Source: Candidatus Latescibacterota bacterium (lineage in GTDB: Bacteria; Latescibacterota; UBA2968; GCA-2709665). From it: 64,000 nt of DNA. The DNA lies in NCBI GenBank assembly GCA_965203805.1, contig OZ241917.1, positions 4,704,001 through 4,768,000 of the forward strand, in the 5' to 3' direction. Positions 21,105 to 30,689 of this stretch are shown here, in pieces; within the stretch, counting starts at the first letter, position 1, and every line of letters begins with the position of its first letter. The notes beneath the pieces are model-generated. The model did not search any database and was not told the origin of the DNA. It saw nothing but the letters and a program-made list of their open reading frames with translations. A program made the position numbers and the translations under genes.

Positions 21105-22850
21105 ATGAACACCAGAATATGCGCGATGAAGCTGAATCCATGGGTCGTCGCGGTCGCATTGGCGACGGGCAACGGGACTGTCGACCCCTCGCCGGTGAGG
21201 GCAGGGAATGTCGTCGAAAGAGCAACCGCGAACTGCTGGCGGTCCGTGAGTTCAAACTGCGTCTCCCTGTTGACGCTTCAGGCAGCAGGGTCCTTCCGCG
21301 CGAGGACCGATTGGGAACTGGAAATACGCGCCGCAGCGTTTGCCGCCGCTGCGGCCGCCCAGGCCAGGGAGGGCGATGCGGAGGATGCAAGCGTCAATTT
21401 CGATCGGGCGGTTGCCGTCGCAAGGACGATAGAAAGCGGATATGCCCGCGCGCGCGCGTTACGAAACGTCGCATCCGTTCAGGCCGGCACAGGCGCCTTC
21501 GACTCGGCACGGGCAACCGCTATGTCGATCAGAGATGCAAAAGGCAGAATCGATGCGCTGGTCGACGTTGCGTCGGCATCGGCGAAGAAGGGAGACCTTG
21601 GGGCCGCCCTGGAGAGTTTCCGCATCGCCGTCGCGGCTGCGCGTTCGAATAGAACAGGTGATCTTCGCACGCGAAGTCTGAACAACGTTGCCCTTGCCCA
21701 GGCGGCTGTCGGATACACGGCTTCCGCCCGCGCGACGGCCGGCTTGATCGGAGATATTCAGGGTAGGATCGATGCGTTGGCCGGCGTGGCGACGACATTG
21801 GCGCGGCAGGGAAGGGATGACGACGCCAGGGCGTTCTTCGATCTGGCCGTTGAGGCTGCGGGTGACGTCATCGACGGATATCGCCGGGCAATCGCGCTGG
21901 GCAAGGTCGCCTGGGCACAGGCGGAAGCGGGGGACGAAACCGCCGCACGCAAGACGCTGGACAGAGCCCTCCAGGCGGGCGGGCGAGGGATGGACATTTA
22001 CAGCGCCGGCGTGACGATTGCTTCGCTCGCCGACGTCGACCCCTACGCGTTCATCCGGATTGCAGGCGCTCAGGTGAAGGTAGCGGACCTCGATGGCGCT
22101 CGCCAGACCCTGCGCCGTGCTTTTCAGTCGGTCAGCGAGGATTCGCCGCCGCCTCAGGTGAAATGGCTCTTCAATATCGCATCGGCACAGTTGGCGGCTG
22201 GAGATGCCGACGGCGCCCGGCAGACCATTGACGCCGCCGCCCGGCGCCTCAGGTCCGACAGCGATGGTAACCTCGCGCAGAACCTTGTCTACCACATCGC
22301 GGCGGACCAGCTGGAGACGCTGCTCGAAATTGCCGCATCGATAAATCCCGGGGACATTGAGGCAAAGAGAAATCTGGTTTATCACGTGGCCATGCGCCAG
22401 GCACAGACGGGCGAGATACCCCGCAGCCTGCAAAACGCGAAAATGATCGACCACGTTTCGAGGCGGGATGCCGTCTTCAGGGAGATTGTAAGCGCGCAGG
22501 CACGTGCCGGGCGATTCACGGCGGCCGTGTCGACGGCACGGTCAATCGGGGATTCGAACAAGAGGGTCCGGGCGCTGTCGGAGATCGCGCACGCGCAGGC
22601 GCAATCCGGCGACGCCGGCGGCGCCGGAAAAACCCTTCGCCGGGCGACAGCGGAACTGGGCGGGTCGGGTGGCTCCGGGATCACCGCGTGGACCTGCACC
22701 GATCTTGCCAGGGCGCAGGTCGAGGCAGGTCGGCCCGGCGAAGCGAGGCAGACCCTGCGGGACGCCCTCGGGGTGCTCAGGTCTGCCTCCCCGCTCGCAC
22801 GCGCTACCTGGCTACCGGAAATTCTGGATGTGATCCGGAGGACAGAATAG
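21105..22850 (+). CDS. TPR-like helical repeat protein, probably exported
   Basis: Repeated AL..VA.AQA.AGD...A units; hydrophobic N-terminal segment; ORF-track start 20553 overlaps the upstream gene so a later ATG was chosen. Confidence 0.75.
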   Translation: MNTRICAMKLNPWVVAVALATGNGTVDPSPVRAGNVVERATANCWRSVSSNCVSLLTLQAAGSFRARTDWELEIRAAAFAAAAAAQAREGDAEDASVNFDRAVAVARTIESGYARARALRNVASVQAGTGAFDSARATAMSIRDAKGRIDALVDVASASAKKGDLGAALESFRIAVAAARSNRTGDLRTRSLNNVALAQAAVGYTASARATAGLIGDIQGRIDALAGVATTLARQGRDDDARAFFDLAVEAAGDVIDGYRRAIALGKVAWAQAEAGDETAARKTLDRALQAGGRGMDIYSAGVTIASLADVDPYAFIRIAGAQVKVADLDGARQTLRRAFQSVSEDSPPPQVKWLFNIASAQLAAGDADGARQTIDAAARRLRSDSDGNLAQNLVYHIAADQLETLLEIAASINPGDIEAKRNLVYHVAMRQAQTGEIPRSLQNAKMIDHVSRRDAVFREIVSAQARAGRFTAAVSTARSIGDSNKRVRALSEIAHAQAQSGDAGGAGKTLRRATAELGGSGGSGITAWTCTDLARAQVEAGRPGEARQTLRDALGVLRSASPLARATWLPEILDVIRRTE

Positions 22851-22873
22851 ACGTTTGCGGTACGGCCGTAGCG

Positions 22874-22908
22874 AAAAAAGCGGACGCCGAGAGATCGGCG
22901 TCCGCTTT
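22874..22908. terminator. Intrinsic terminator between convergent genes
   Basis: AAAGCGGACGCCGA-GAGA-TCGGCGTCCGCTTT perfect stem; T6 tract on the - strand. Confidence 0.85.
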
Positions 22909-22931
22909 CACGTACGAATGCTTCGTTTAGT

Positions 22932-23132
22932 CTATCGTTTGGTCACATTCGCTGCCTGGAGCCCCTTCGGACCCTCGACAATGTCGAATTCGACTTCGTC
23001 GCCCTCGGCCAAAGACTTGAAACCCTCAGCCTGGATTGCCGAAAAATGCACGAATACGTCTTCCCCGCCGTCCTGCTCGATGAAACCAAAGCCCTTGGCG
23101 TCGTTGAACCACTTCACTCGACCGTCAGCCAC
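22932..23132 (-). CDS. csp: Cold-shock protein (CspA family)
   Basis: [34 protein letters not shown]. Confidence 0.96.
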   Translation of the reverse strand: MADGRVKWFNDAKGFGFIEQDGGEDVFVHFSAIQAEGFKSLAEGDEVEFDIVEGPKGLQAANVTKR

Positions 23133-23279
23133 TGCTAATTCACCACCTTTCTACCTTGAACTGAATGTGCAGGCAAATCAAAAAAGGCAAGGACCGGGAA
23201 TTCTGATCCTTGCCGCATCGCTTTTTTCGACTGCACAGGAGACAGAAACAACGTCCTTCAATATACAACATTGCGTTCA

Positions 23280-23308
23280 AAGGTAAATCGTTCCATCACG
23301 AATGTCAA
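23280..23308 (-). promoter_or_regulatory. csp promoter (~140-nt 5' UTR)
   Basis: TTGACA-N17-TACCTT on the - strand. Confidence 0.65.
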
Positions 23309-23409
23309 CTCTTTTCTGCGACATGCACGGTTTTTTTTCTGCTACCGAATCACCCGCTTGCGGGTTGGACCGGTATTGAACGGAACGCCGCTGTGGGCCG
23401 GGGTGCGCC

Positions 23410-23736
23410 TCAGTGCGTGGAATTCGAGAGATGCAGACCGGTCACGCCCCCGATAATGAGTGCGATGGAGAGCAGCTTGACCGTGGTGACCGGTTCCTTG
23501 AAATACCAGAAGCCGACGAGGGAGATGATGGCCGTACCCAGGCCGGCCCAGACGGCGTACGCGACGCTCACGGGAATCTGTTTAAGCGCCATGGTCAGGC
23601 CCGCCAGTGAGGCCAGGTAAAAGGCGGCGACGCCGATCGAGGGCAGCAAACGGGCGAATCCGTCGGAGAGTTTCATGCATGTCGTACCGGCGACTTCGAG
23701 AATGATGGCGAGAAACAGATATAACCAGCTGGCCAT
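23410..23736 (-). CDS. SMR family multidrug efflux transporter (EmrE/QacE-like)
   Basis: AIILEVAGTTCMKLSDGF, AYAVWAGLG; four TM helices; AAGGAG RBS. Confidence 0.92.
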   Translation of the reverse strand: MASWLYLFLAIILEVAGTTCMKLSDGFARLLPSIGVAAFYLASLAGLTMALKQIPVSVAYAVWAGLGTAIISLVGFWYFKEPVTTVKLLSIALIIGGVTGLHLSNSTH

Positions 23737-23882
23737 TGACAGATCTCCTTCGGGACGGAACACCCGGTGTTGAGGGTTGATGGTTGCGGTTGACTTTCGT
23801 CGGATCCGTTGCCATTTTAGCCACGTTCCACGGATGAGGCAAACGCAATTCAGCGGGTTTTTTCAATGGAAAGGACAATTGA

Positions 23883-24749
23883 ATGTCGCTGCCGATCATT
23901 ATGCACGTGAATTACTGTGAACAGGGGCAGACGATCCCGGAGATGTGCCGGAAGGCGGTCGGCTGGGGATACGACGGCATCGAGTTCCGCCGGTATCGCC
24001 GGGGTGTGGAGGAGACGACCGAGAAGTACCTGGATACGATCGCCGCGTCCGCGGACGCCTCGGGGCTGAAGCACGTACTCTTCGGGGGCCCCGGGGTGGA
24101 GCTGATGCGGGAAGATGCCGGCGGCAGAATGGCGCAGGTGGCGGAAGGGGTCCGGTTCTACCGCCTTGCGAGCGAGAGGCTGAAGCTGACGGTCTGCAAT
24201 ATTATGGCTGGAACGCTGCGCAGTTCGGATCCGAATGCGGGGTCGGCGCATCATTTGCATGGGTCGGGCGCCGCGGCGGCCCATCATTACGAGTGGGCGG
24301 CCGAGGGATTCAGGGAACTCGGCGCGGTCGCCGAGGAGATCGGATTCAGGCTGGCGTTCGAGATCCACATGGGCTATGTGCACGATCTGCCGGCGCCCAC
24401 AATGAAGCTTCTGGACATGATCGGTTCACCGGCCGTGGGGGCGAACCTGGACTACGGGAACATGGTGTATTTCCCGTCGTGTCCGTCTGTCGGGGAGACC
24501 GTTTCCACGCTGGGTGAGAAGCTGTTCATGGTTCATCTGAAGAACTCGATGCCCGCGGGCAACGGACGGAACGCCGTGGGGCTGGGTGACGGGACCATCA
24601 ACCACCGGGAGTACCTGCTGGCCTTGAAACACGCCGGATTCGGCGGTCCCATCTGCATCGAAGCACCCAGACCGGGCGATCGGGAGTGGTACGCCCGGGA
24701 GGATATCGCCTATCTCAAAGCGGTAATGAGAGATCTGGCGTGGGCGTAA
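23883..24749 (+). CDS. Sugar phosphate isomerase/epimerase (xylose isomerase-like TIM barrel)
   Basis: GYDGIE, LAFEIH, NLDYGN, VHLKN, ICIE. Confidence 0.85.
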   Translation: MSLPIIMHVNYCEQGQTIPEMCRKAVGWGYDGIEFRRYRRGVEETTEKYLDTIAASADASGLKHVLFGGPGVELMREDAGGRMAQVAEGVRFYRLASERLKLTVCNIMAGTLRSSDPNAGSAHHLHGSGAAAAHHYEWAAEGFRELGAVAEEIGFRLAFEIHMGYVHDLPAPTMKLLDMIGSPAVGANLDYGNMVYFPSCPSVGETVSTLGEKLFMVHLKNSMPAGNGRNAVGLGDGTINHREYLLALKHAGFGGPICIEAPRPGDREWYAREDIAYLKAVMRDLAWA

Positions 24750-24811
24750 GCGGCGGCGTCCGGTTCAGGGATCGAGTCGATCTGGGTCTCGTACTTCGAC
24801 AGCCTGTCCCG

Positions 24812-25756
24812 TCAGCTCAGGACCAGTCGGGATGCGCCCAGGACGCCGGCGTCATTGCCAAGTTCGGCCGGCAGAATGCGAGTGTGATCGAACATCCCCT
24901 CCAGCGTATATTCTCTTGCCGCGGCGTCGATAGGGTCCAGAAGAACGCGGCCGGCCGCGGAGATTCCCCCGCCGATTGCGATTACATCGGGGCTGATCAC
25001 GTTGATGATATTGGCAATGGCGATGCCGAGATAGCGGGCAACGCGGGCGACGGCCTCACAGGCGAGGCGGTCGCCGTTTTTCGCGGCCAGGCAGATGGTT
25101 TCCGGCGTAAGGGGTTCCGTGTCGGAAACCGAAGTGGACGGGGCTTCCCGCAGGCGGCGGCGAACGTACCGGACCATCGCGGGGCCGGCGGTAAATGCCT
25201 CCAGGCATCCCTTCTTTCCGCATCCGCAGACGGGACCGTCGGGGTCCATGCACATATGGCCGATTTCGCCCGCCGCGAAGGAGGCGCCGTGGTGAATGCC
25301 GCCGGCCAGGACCAGTCCGCCGCCAATGCCCGTCCCCAGAGTGATGAGAAAGAGGGACTCGCATCCGCGGCCGGCCCCCAGGCGGGCTTCTCCTATGGCC
25401 GCGACACTGGCGTCGTTATCGATTTCAACGCGCAGCCTGATCCGTTCCTCGAGAATCCGTTTGAAAGGGACGTGGCGCCAGTGGAGGTTGGGCGCAATGA
25501 TAACGTCTCCGGCCGCCGTGGTGACGCCGGGCACGCCGATTCCGACGCCCGCAACATCGTCATTCGACAGGCCGTTCCGGTTCCGGAGGGTTTCGATGAG
25601 TTCCGCGATCCGGTCCGCCACGCCGTGTTCGCCGCTCTCCACCTCCGTTGGACGACGGGCTTTGGCCTCGATGCGTCCGTCTGCCCCGACGAGCGCGCCC
25701 TTGATACTGCCGCCTCCCAGGTCGATACCGATGGCGAATTGCGGGTGACCGGCCAA
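24812..25756 (-). CDS. ROK family sugar kinase
   Basis: GIDLGG, DNDA, GTGIGGG, AGEIGH, CGCGKKGCLE, LGNDAG. Confidence 0.92.
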   Translation of the reverse strand: MAGHPQFAIGIDLGGGSIKGALVGADGRIEAKARRPTEVESGEHGVADRIAELIETLRNRNGLSNDDVAGVGIGVPGVTTAAGDVIIAPNLHWRHVPFKRILEERIRLRVEIDNDASVAAIGEARLGAGRGCESLFLITLGTGIGGGLVLAGGIHHGASFAAGEIGHMCMDPDGPVCGCGKKGCLEAFTAGPAMVRYVRRRLREAPSTSVSDTEPLTPETICLAAKNGDRLACEAVARVARYLGIAIANIINVISPDVIAIGGGISAAGRVLLDPIDAAAREYTLEGMFDHTRILPAELGNDAGVLGASRLVLS

Positions 25757-25865
25757 TGAGGATCCTTCCCGTTGACGTCCTTCGAAGATCGTCTCTCATC
25801 CCGCTGAAGCCGAAAGAGCAACCGACGGCGCCCGTAGACGCGCACCGCCGGATCGGAAACGCGAA

Positions 25866-26186
25866 TCAGGCGTTCTCCGCAATCCAGTTCATGTAGGGCG
25901 TGTACCCCTGCTGGATGGGAAGCGCAATAACTTCCGGGACGTCGTAGCTGTGTAATTCGCTCGCCCGGGCGATAAGCGCATCGAGGCTGGCCTGTGACGT
26001 CTTGAGGATCATCAGGAACTCGGCATCGTCCTCAATGGCGTCCTGCCAGCGGTAGATGGACCGGATCTGCCCGGTGACGTTGGCGCACGCGGCCAGGCGT
26101 TCTTCAACCAGCGTGCGGCCGATTCGGGCGGCTTCCGCTTCGCTCGGAACGGTGACGAATACGACGTAATTCCGGTCCTCCGGCAT
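25866..26186 (-). CDS. cutA: Divalent-cation tolerance protein CutA
   Basis: LVEERLAACAN, SIYRW, HSYDVPEVI. Confidence 0.93.
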   Translation of the reverse strand: MPEDRNYVVFVTVPSEAEAARIGRTLVEERLAACANVTGQIRSIYRWQDAIEDDAEFLMILKTSQASLDALIARASELHSYDVPEVIALPIQQGYTPYMNWIAENA

Positions 26187-26345
26187 GGACGACCCTCCCG
26201 AATACGGTGAATGATCAGTTGGAGCCGTGTGGCATTGGGGGCAGGTCTCAGGCTGCAGGGACGGCCCTCAAAGCTCGCACCGCTGAAGATATGCAGAAGG
26301 GCGGAAATGTCAAGGTCAGCGTTCTGTCCCGGAAAGGCAGTGGCA

Positions 26346-26507
26346 AAGGCGGGGAGACGGGAGAGGGTAGACGTGAGAGATTGCCTGCCGTGTGCGGTTT
26401 CATTTCTTGCCAGAGGCATACAGGATGACTCAATCGGGCAAGACGTCTTCTACCGTCTCACGGCTTACGTCTCACCGCTTTCGAGTAATTCATCTACCGG
26501 CTTAACT
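26346..26507 (-). repeat. Heptamer-flanked conserved-core element, copy A
   Basis: Core 26381-26447 is the reverse complement of 33193-33260 (13 mismatches + 1 gap by hand); flanked by inverted 7-mer arrays. Confidence 0.85.
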
Positions 26508-26551
26508 GGGCGAGGGGAATTCAATGGGAGGGGAATATTCCAAAGCGAAAT

Positions 26552-27652
26552 ATGAACTCGAACCGAATTGACTTGCTGGACGGTATCGACCCGAAACGCC
26601 TCGAACGGGCAGGGGAGGTGCTGGAGCGCCACGTTCGGGAGCGGAGCACGCCCGGCGCGGTGGGCTTGCTGGTGCGGGGCGGGGGCGGTGTCGCATGCTG
26701 GACGGCGGGACGGCACACGTACGATCCGGATGCGCCGGAGGTCAGGGAGGATGATCTCTACGACCTCGCGTCTTTGACGAAGGTGGTTGTGACAACGTCG
26801 ATCTGCATGGCGTTCGAACCGGACCTGAACCTGGATGGCCGGGTGGAAGAATACGTGCCGGCGTTCCGCGGAAAAGGTCGGGAAGGGGTGACGATCAGAC
26901 ACCTTCTGGCGCACTGCGCGGGTCTGCCGGCCCACCAGCGTTTCTTCGAAACCTGCCGGGACAGGAAGGCGGTATTCGCCGCGGCCTGCGGTACGCCGCT
27001 GGCGTATCCGCCGGGGACGAAGACGATATACAGCGACGTGAGTTTTCTGGTGCTGGGGGCGGCCCTGGAGCGCGTGGGTGGCGCCCCGATCCAGGAACTG
27101 GCTCAGCGCCACGTGTTCGGGCCGATGGGGATGGCGGGGACGATGTATCTGCCCGGGCGTGAACTGCTTGGCCGGATTCCACCGACGGAGTTTCAGGCGG
27201 AGTACCGGAGAGGTTTGATTCACGGGCAGGTGCACGATGGAAATGCATGGGCGATGGGCGGCGTGGCGCCGCACGCGGGACTCTTCGGTACGGCGGACGA
27301 CCTGGGGCGTTTCTTGCGGATGATTCTGAACGGTGGGATTTACGAGGGGAAGCAGATCTTGTCCGAAGCCGGAATCCGCCGATTCACGTCGAGGGCGGGA
27401 CTGGCGCCCGGCAGTACCCGCGCGCTGGGGTGGGACACTGTATCGAAGGCAGGAAGTTCCGCGGGCCGGCGCTTTTCGATCCGGTCGTTCGGACATACCG
27501 GATTCACCGGCACGTCGGTCTGGGTGGACCCGGTGCGGGACGTCGGCGTCGTGCTCCTGACGAACCGGGTTCATCCCACCCGGGAGAATGAGGGGATACG
27601 GAGGTTGCGGCCGGAATTTCACGATGCGGTGATGCAAGCGGTCATCGATTGA
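26552..27652 (+). CDS. Beta-lactamase-family serine hydrolase
   Basis: DLASLTK (SxxK), YSD, FGHTGFTG, LLTNRVHP. Confidence 0.9.
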   Translation: MNSNRIDLLDGIDPKRLERAGEVLERHVRERSTPGAVGLLVRGGGGVACWTAGRHTYDPDAPEVREDDLYDLASLTKVVVTTSICMAFEPDLNLDGRVEEYVPAFRGKGREGVTIRHLLAHCAGLPAHQRFFETCRDRKAVFAAACGTPLAYPPGTKTIYSDVSFLVLGAALERVGGAPIQELAQRHVFGPMGMAGTMYLPGRELLGRIPPTEFQAEYRRGLIHGQVHDGNAWAMGGVAPHAGLFGTADDLGRFLRMILNGGIYEGKQILSEAGIRRFTSRAGLAPGSTRALGWDTVSKAGSSAGRRFSIRSFGHTGFTGTSVWVDPVRDVGVVLLTNRVHPTRENEGIRRLRPEFHDAVMQAVID

Positions 27653-27697
27653 CGGCCGCAAGCATTGGCGAACGAACCGAAGCGTCTCGATTCCCGG

Positions 27698-29251
27698 CTA
27701 GCGCAATACCTTTTTCAGGTACTCCAGGTCCAGTTCCGGGTAAGCCGGATATCTGTCGAGCAGATCGGCCACCGCGTTGCGGGCTTCTTCGAGCGCATCT
27801 CTTCGGGTCCGTGCGCGCGCCTTGCTGGGATTTCCGGCCTGGTTGCCCTTCTTGATCAGGGCGGGCCTCGTGTTCAAGAGTACAAGGCGCAAAACAGCAG
27901 CGATCTGGCGCATTTCCTCCGCGCCCATGCCGAGCGTGGTGAGGGCCGGTGTGCCAATCCGGAGGCCGCTCGTATACCAGGCGCCGTTCGTATCGAAGGG
28001 AAGGGCGTTTCGGTTGAGCGTGACCCCGGCGTTACGGAGCGCGGATTCCGCCTGCCTCCCCGTGAGACCCAGCGACGTCACGTCGATGAGCACCATATGG
28101 TTGTCGGTGCCGCCTGTGAGTACGCACAGCCCTTCTTCGACACAGGCTTCGGCCAGTTCCGTGGCATTCTCCACAATGCGGCGCGCGTAGTTTCTGAATG
28201 CGTCGGCGCCGGCCTCCTGAAGAGCGACGGCCTTGGCTCCGATTGCGTGGGGTAGCGGACCGCCCAGCACCATCGGACACCCCCGGTCCACGTGTTCGGC
28301 ATATTCGTCTTTGCAGAGGACCATGCCGCCCCGCGGACCTCTGAGTGTCTTGTGGGTCGTGGTCGTCACAATGTCGGCGTGGGCAACCGGATCGTAGTCT
28401 CCCGTGAACACTCTGCCCGCCACCAGCCCCGCGAAGTGCGCCATGTCCACCATGAAGACCGCGCCGACTTCATCCGCGATTTCTCTGAAGATGCGAAAGT
28501 TGATCCTGCGGGTGTACGCGCTGTACCCGGCCAGCAGAATCAGGGGTCTGAACGCTTTCGTCCGGCTTCGGACCCGGTCGTAATCGATGCGTTTTGTCTC
28601 CGGGTCCACACCGTAGGATTCGACGTGGAACATCCTGGCGGAGACGTTTTGCCGGTATCCGTGGGTGAGGTGGCCGCCGGAGTAGTAGTCGAGGCCCAGT
28701 AATTTCTGGTTGCCCAGCGCGGTCCTGAGTTCCCGCCAGTCGTCTTCGGATAGTGCCGAGGGATCGGTCTGTCCCGTTCGCTCCATGAACGGCGCCTGAA
28801 CGCGGGCGGAGAGGATTGCCCAGAACGCCACGAGGTTTGCGTCGGCGCCGGAGTGCGGCTGCACGTACGCGTGGTCCGCCCCGAAGAGGTCGCGTGCGAG
28901 GGTGGCGGCATGTGCTTCAATGGTGTCGACGTTGTCGCAGCCTGCGTAGAATCGGCGTTCCGGAACGCCTTCTGCATATTTGTCGGTGAAGAGATTGCCT
29001 TGAGAAAGCTGTACGGCCAGCGAACAGTAGTTCTCGCTGGCGATCATCTTCAGGTTGTCCCTCTGGTCCTGCAGTTCGGCCACGATGGATGAGGCGACCT
29101 GGGGCGAGATCGCGTGAATCTGTTCGAGTGACGCGAGGTAGGCGACAAAACCGGGATCTGCGGCATTGCCGAGGGCGGCGGATTCCGAGAGATACCTGGC
29201 AAGCGGCGATGTCGGGCGCGTCACAGCGGCAGGTGGTGTTGCCTGGGCCAT
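27698..29251 (-). CDS. glyA: Serine hydroxymethyltransferase
   Basis: [49 protein letters not shown]; ATG 29251 after AGGAG. Confidence 0.95.
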   Translation of the reverse strand: MAQATPPAAVTRPTSPLARYLSESAALGNAADPGFVAYLASLEQIHAISPQVASSIVAELQDQRDNLKMIASENYCSLAVQLSQGNLFTDKYAEGVPERRFYAGCDNVDTIEAHAATLARDLFGADHAYVQPHSGADANLVAFWAILSARVQAPFMERTGQTDPSALSEDDWRELRTALGNQKLLGLDYYSGGHLTHGYRQNVSARMFHVESYGVDPETKRIDYDRVRSRTKAFRPLILLAGYSAYTRRINFRIFREIADEVGAVFMVDMAHFAGLVAGRVFTGDYDPVAHADIVTTTTHKTLRGPRGGMVLCKDEYAEHVDRGCPMVLGGPLPHAIGAKAVALQEAGADAFRNYARRIVENATELAEACVEEGLCVLTGGTDNHMVLIDVTSLGLTGRQAESALRNAGVTLNRNALPFDTNGAWYTSGLRIGTPALTTLGMGAEEMRQIAAVLRLVLLNTRPALIKKGNQAGNPSKARARTRRDALEEARNAVADLLDRYPAYPELDLEYLKKVLR

Positions 29252-29433
29252 TCTGTTTCTCCTGCACGTATTGGATGGACGGTGCGCGTCCGGCGTCGAC
29301 CGGACACAATAAAACCCGGGCGGGATGACGGTACGTAAAGCCCGGGGATTGACTCGTTTTGGGATTTCTCGATTTCCAGGCGGCGGCTTGAGTGTCTTTT
29401 TGCCCCAATTGGGCATCGTGCCGCGCGGACACC

Positions 29434-29462
29434 AATATATCGGACTTTCGCAACCCGGTCAA
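29434..29462 (-). promoter_or_regulatory. glyA promoter
   Basis: TTGACC-N17-TATATT on the - strand. Confidence 0.65.
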
Positions 29463-29589
29463 CTTTTTTTGTGAATTCAGAGGAAACGGGCGTCGCCCGA
29501 CCGACAACGCGCCCCGGGCGATTTCCGGAGCCGGAAGCGATCACGAAATCGCATGCGTCACCCGCAGAATCCGTTCCCCAATTTTCCGC

Positions 29590-29618
29590 TTGCCAACGTC
29601 GTGTGGCGGGACTATATT
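29590..29618 (+). promoter_or_regulatory. pyrB promoter
   Basis: TTGCCA(29590)-N17-TATATT(29613); predicted +1 near ATG 29626. Confidence 0.7.
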
Positions 29619-29625
29619 TTCTTGG

Positions 29626-29700
29626 ATGGCATTCTCCTCGAAACCAAATCGAATTCTCCGATTTTCCGGCTCTCCGGTTGCCGTATTTCCGCTCCCCTGA
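29626..29700 (+). CDS. Putative leaderless attenuator leader peptide (PyrL-like), 24 aa
   Basis: MAFSSKPNRILRFSGSPVAVFPLP*; pyrimidine-rich; stop codon in the loop of the terminator hairpin. Confidence 0.6.
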   Translation: MAFSSKPNRILRFSGSPVAVFPLP

Positions 29701-29716
29701 AGGGGAGCTTTTTTTT
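29691..29716 (+). terminator. Attenuator terminator upstream of pyrB
   Basis: GCTCCCC-TGAA-GGGGAGC followed by T8, about 44 nt before the pyrB ATG. Confidence 0.85.
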
Positions 29717-29759
29717 GTCAAAAGCAGTTTTAAAGCAGCGCCTGAGGGAGGATTACTCG

Positions 29760-30689
29760 ATGGACAGCCTGTTCCACGTGGTCGAGGCGCAGCAGTTCAA
29801 CCGGGAATTGCTGACCGAGATTTTCGCGGTGACGAAGGAGATGGAGGAAGTCGTTAGCGTCTACGGCTCCAGTATACTCAACCGCCGGATCATGGCCACG
29901 CTGTTTTACGAACCCAGTACCCGCACACGGTTGTCTTTCGAGTCGGCCATGGTCCGTCTGGGGGGGAGCGTGGTCACAACGGAGTCGGCGAGGGAGTTTT
30001 CCTCGGCGGCGAAGGGAGAGACCCTTGAAGACACGATCCGCATCGTGGAGGGATACGCGGACGTGATCGTGCTTCGACACTACGAAGGAGGGTCCGCGCG
30101 ACGGGCGGCAGAGGTGGCGTCGGTGCCGGTTTTGAATGCCGGCGACGGCCCCGGGCAGCATCCGACACAGGCGTTGCTCGACGTATATACGATTCAGAAG
30201 GAAATCGGCCGGCTGGACGGGATTTCAGTGGCGATGGTGGGCGACCTCGCCAACGGGCGCACGGTGCGCTCGCTGGCTTATCTGCTCACCCGGTACAAAG
30301 ACGTCAAGCTGTATTTCGTGGCGCCCGAACTGGTGCGTATGAAGGCCGACATCAAGGAATACCTGAGCCGGAACGGGGTGTACTTCGAGGAACGGGAAGA
30401 TCTGATCGAGGTCGTGCGAAAGGTCGACGTGGTCTATCAGACGCGGATCCAGAGGGAACGGTTCGGCGACCGTACGAGGGACTACGAAGCGGCGCGCGGG
30501 CGATATATCATCGATACAAGGGTGATGGAGGCCCTGTCCGCTAACGGCCGCGTGATGCACCCCTTGCCACGCGTTGACGAGATCGACCCCGCGGTGGACA
30601 CGGACCCCCGTGCGGCGTATTTCCGCCAGGCGCACAACGGGCTCTACATCCGGATGGCGCTGCTGAAGATGGTGCTGGCCGCTACTTGA
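29760..30689 (+). CDS. pyrB: Aspartate carbamoyltransferase catalytic subunit
   Basis: FYEPSTRTRLSFE, KGETLED, NAGDG.QHPTQ, RIQRER, MHPLPR; GGAGG RBS. Confidence 0.96.
   Translation: MDSLFHVVEAQQFNRELLTEIFAVTKEMEEVVSVYGSSILNRRIMATLFYEPSTRTRLSFESAMVRLGGSVVTTESAREFSSAAKGETLEDTIRIVEGYADVIVLRHYEGGSARRAAEVASVPVLNAGDGPGQHPTQALLDVYTIQKEIGRLDGISVAMVGDLANGRTVRSLAYLLTRYKDVKLYFVAPELVRMKADIKEYLSRNGVYFEEREDLIEVVRKVDVVYQTRIQRERFGDRTRDYEAARGRYIIDTRVMEALSANGRVMHPLPRVDEIDPAVDTDPRAAYFRQAHNGLYIRMALLKMVLAAT

Noticed and set aside
23737-23870. Guanidine riboswitch upstream of the SMR gene
   Set aside because: No paired ACGR hairpins or ykkC motifs; the protein looks EmrE/QacE-like rather than Gdx-like
29470-29490. 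PyrR binding loop upstream of pyrB
   Set aside because: AATTCAGAGGAAAC does not fit ARUCCNGNGAGGYU and lies upstream of the predicted promoter
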